From a virus, in the IMG/VR virus record IMGVR_UViG_3300045988_166693, positions 32,001 through 96,000 of that record: a stretch of DNA of 64,000 bases; one strand, given 5' to 3'. The notes beneath the pieces were generated by a model. That model searched no databases. It saw only the letters and a program-made list of their open reading frames with translations, and was not told where the DNA came from. A program made the position numbers and the translations under genes. Positions 62,063 through 64,000 of the stretch are shown piece by piece. The first letter of the stretch is position 1. Each line of letters starts with the position of its first letter.

Positions 62063-62070
62063 CAAAGATA
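62063..62070 (-). promoter_or_regulatory. -7 box TATCTTTG upstream of the structured leader
   Basis: Consensus TAnnTTTG on the minus strand. No clear -33 element. Confidence 0.4.
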
Positions 62071-62233
62071 CGAAAAAATCCCCAATAAAATGAGGTACTA
62101 AATTATATTTTGTATATTTACACCCAATAGGCGGATGCTTACCGAGTATTTAATGGCATATTTTTATCGAATTAAACATAATTCCGTTTATGCGTAAATT
62201 TCCACCTGATAAAATTTGTGTGAATATTTGAAA

Positions 62234-63658
62234 TCAAAAAATAGATAATTGCGCATCTTCACATGACTTGTCGACGAACATTTTCTTGAAGATGTAATAA
62301 AGAACATCTACAACAATGCTGTTCCCGGCCATTTTATATTGCTGCGTCCTGCTGACTCCTGATTTCTGAATATTGTCTATATCTTTTTCGGAAACTCCCA
62401 TAAGGCGGAAACATTCGCGAGGTGTGAGTTTTCGGATGCGGTAATTTGTTGTCAATCCATATATGGAGTTAGGTCGTGCTGAGATTAATGTGGAACCTAT
62501 ACTTTCATCAAAATCTGTCTGCAATTCCGATATTCCGCTTTTGGATTTATCTTTTACATACGGTCTTAAAGACAAGTCAGGATTTATTGTTACATCACAA
62601 TCTTGCTTACGTGTCGCGTTGGCTATAATTTTTAATTTTTCGGCAGCTAATAAAATTTTTGGTTCAGCTACAAAGCAATCAGTATTTCCACCGCTTCCTG
62701 TACTTCCATGAATGGTATTAGCTATATCTGTAAGATGTCTTTTAACAACTTTACCTTTAGAATTTCTAGTATAACCTACACATTTAGGTTCAATAGAAAA
62801 AGGCTCCGAAATAAAACTCATATTAGAAGTATCTACAGTCGTCTTAATTGTGCCACATATATCAGATACCTTTTGATTATATAACTCAGGAATAATAATT
62901 TCCTTTATGAAGTTATCACATGGCCTGTCATTAGGATGAGTCAAAATACTTGTTGCTATACCTTCTCCCATTGTAGGATTAAACTTAAATCCATTTCCTC
63001 TCTCCTTATTTTTCTCATTACGCTGAATAAAAGTATTTACAACCTTTTCACTCAGGTAAAAATTTTCATCTACATCTTTTTCAAGAACATCTTTCAATCT
63101 TTTTTCAAGGGTAAAAGGCTTTGGAAAATGAAAAGAAACCTCTCCCAATATCGACACCATAAAGACACGTTCCCTGTTTTGCGGTACTCCGAAGTCCTTT
63201 GCGTTGAGAACTTTCGTATAATTGCTGTAGCCCTGCCCTTCAAGAAATCTGATCCATTCTTTCAGGTACGGGGTAAACTTCTTCGATACGAGGTTCTTCA
63301 CGTTCTCCATGAGAAGATATTTCGGACGCTTTGCCTCTATTGCCTTACGGCATTCCCATAGCAGACTGCTTCGTGTTCCGCTACCCTCTGCAAGTCCTTT
63401 CTGCTGTCCGGCTGTACTTATGTCGGTACAAGGGAATGAGTATGTCAGAAAATCGAAGTCAGGAACACTGCTCCAGTCTATCTTTGATATGTCGCCATAA
63501 TTAGGAGTGTCTCCATGTACGGCCATATATGCCTGAATGGCGTACTTGTCAATTTCACTTATTCCAATCACCTCAAAGTCTATGCCCAGTCTGCGTAAAG
63601 CCATAGACTGCGAACCATATCCTGCAAATGCTTCAAAGACTCGTATTTTATTCTTCAT
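62234..63658 (-). CDS. DNA (cytosine-5)-methyltransferase
   Basis: Motif I FEAFAGYGSQ, motif IV SFPCTDIS, motif VI LMENVKNL, motif VIII QNRERVF, motif X GNSIVV. About 220 aa lie between motifs VIII and IX. Confidence 0.9.
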   Translation of the reverse strand: MKNKIRVFEAFAGYGSQSMALRRLGIDFEVIGISEIDKYAIQAYMAVHGDTPNYGDISKIDWSSVPDFDFLTYSFPCTDISTAGQQKGLAEGSGTRSSLLWECRKAIEAKRPKYLLMENVKNLVSKKFTPYLKEWIRFLEGQGYSNYTKVLNAKDFGVPQNRERVFMVSILGEVSFHFPKPFTLEKRLKDVLEKDVDENFYLSEKVVNTFIQRNEKNKERGNGFKFNPTMGEGIATSILTHPNDRPCDNFIKEIIIPELYNQKVSDICGTIKTTVDTSNMSFISEPFSIEPKCVGYTRNSKGKVVKRHLTDIANTIHGSTGSGGNTDCFVAEPKILLAAEKLKIIANATRKQDCDVTINPDLSLRPYVKDKSKSGISELQTDFDESIGSTLISARPNSIYGLTTNYRIRKLTPRECFRLMGVSEKDIDNIQKSGVSRTQQYKMAGNSIVVDVLYYIFKKMFVDKSCEDAQLSIF

Positions 63659-63673
63659 CCTTATTGTGTTTGG

Positions 63674-63925
63674 TTATTTGTAAAACTTAAAATGTGAGTG
63701 TGTACCCTTCGGACGCACATTCCGGTTAAACTTTGTATGGTACTTCTTACCGTCCTTCCGGGGAACGTGACGGTTCTGACCGACAATACTGAAATAAAAC
63801 GGCACATGGCGTGAGGTGTGGCGGAGAGTTTGGGCTAGTTTTTCATACGCTTCTGTAGAGCCAAAAACAGAATATGGATTTTGATATATAGTATGACTAT
63901 AAAATGTTTTATCTGTGTACATCAT
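63674..63925 (-). CDS. hypothetical basic protein (83 aa)
   Basis: ATG ORF upstream of the methyltransferase. Confidence 0.4.
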   Translation of the reverse strand: MMYTDKTFYSHTIYQNPYSVFGSTEAYEKLAQTLRHTSRHVPFYFSIVGQNRHVPRKDGKKYHTKFNRNVRPKGTHSHFKFYK

Positions 63926-63928
63926 AAA

Positions 63929-64000
63929 CTATTCCGTTATTTCACCTTTCAACCGCTTAATGGCAAGGTTTCTTGCCTTGATGGTTCCTTCCTGCTCGCG
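63929..64000 (-). CDS. 3' end of a gene entering from the right edge (partial)
   Basis: The minus frame reads ...REQEGTIKARNLAIKRLKGEITE then stop (TAG at 63929..63931). Too short to call a function. Confidence 0.3.
   Translation of the reverse strand, partial: REQEGTIKARNLAIKRLKGEITE

Noticed and set aside
1-64000. tRNA, rRNA or tmRNA genes
   Set aside because: I saw no T-loop/acceptor-like patterns (for example GGTTCGAATCC) while reading, but a visual scan is not sensitive. tRNAscan or Infernal would be needed to exclude them.

Overview
This window looks like most of a temperate tailed-phage genome from a Bacteroidota host. Supporting signs are TAnnTTTG -7 boxes, leaders without Shine-Dalgarno sequences and many lipoprotein signal peptides. 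The phage also carries a plasmid-style maintenance module. All calls come from reading motifs by eye; no database search was possible.

Layout:
- 1-3.9 kb: primase and regulators.
- 3.9-36.4 kb, minus strand: late, tail and lysis genes in several operons. These include a 1914-aa tape measure, a lysis cassette, a GIY-YIG homing endonuclease, a 1537-aa tail fibre and a complete diversity-generating retroelement (DGR).
- 36.5-48.3 kb, plus strand: about 28 small early genes, interrupted by an IS607-type tnpA/tnpB element and carrying a radical-SAM enzyme.
- 48.6-50.6 kb: portal-like gene.
- 51-56.4 kb: parA plus a small partner gene, a ~640-bp short-repeat array, an iteron-type origin, an XRE regulator and a Rep initiator.
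- 56.4-64 kb: more structural and accessory genes, an IS66-family element and a C5 DNA methyltransferase.

Strongest observations:
1. The DGR. Its 128-bp TR and VR differ at 18 positions, and every one is a TR adenine.
2. A strictly spaced bipartite element, GTCCTTCA-N19-TAnnTTTG, occurs seven times, each oriented toward the adjacent downstream sequence (six of them just upstream of a late operon). It is usually fused to the U-tract of a GTGA-capped terminator hairpin.
3. Two short units of canonical promoter plus terminator sit just upstream of late operons, resembling the lambda 6S RNA arrangement.
4. Rep, iterons and parA occur together, and no phage integrase is visible in the window. This suggests a phage-plasmid lifestyle.
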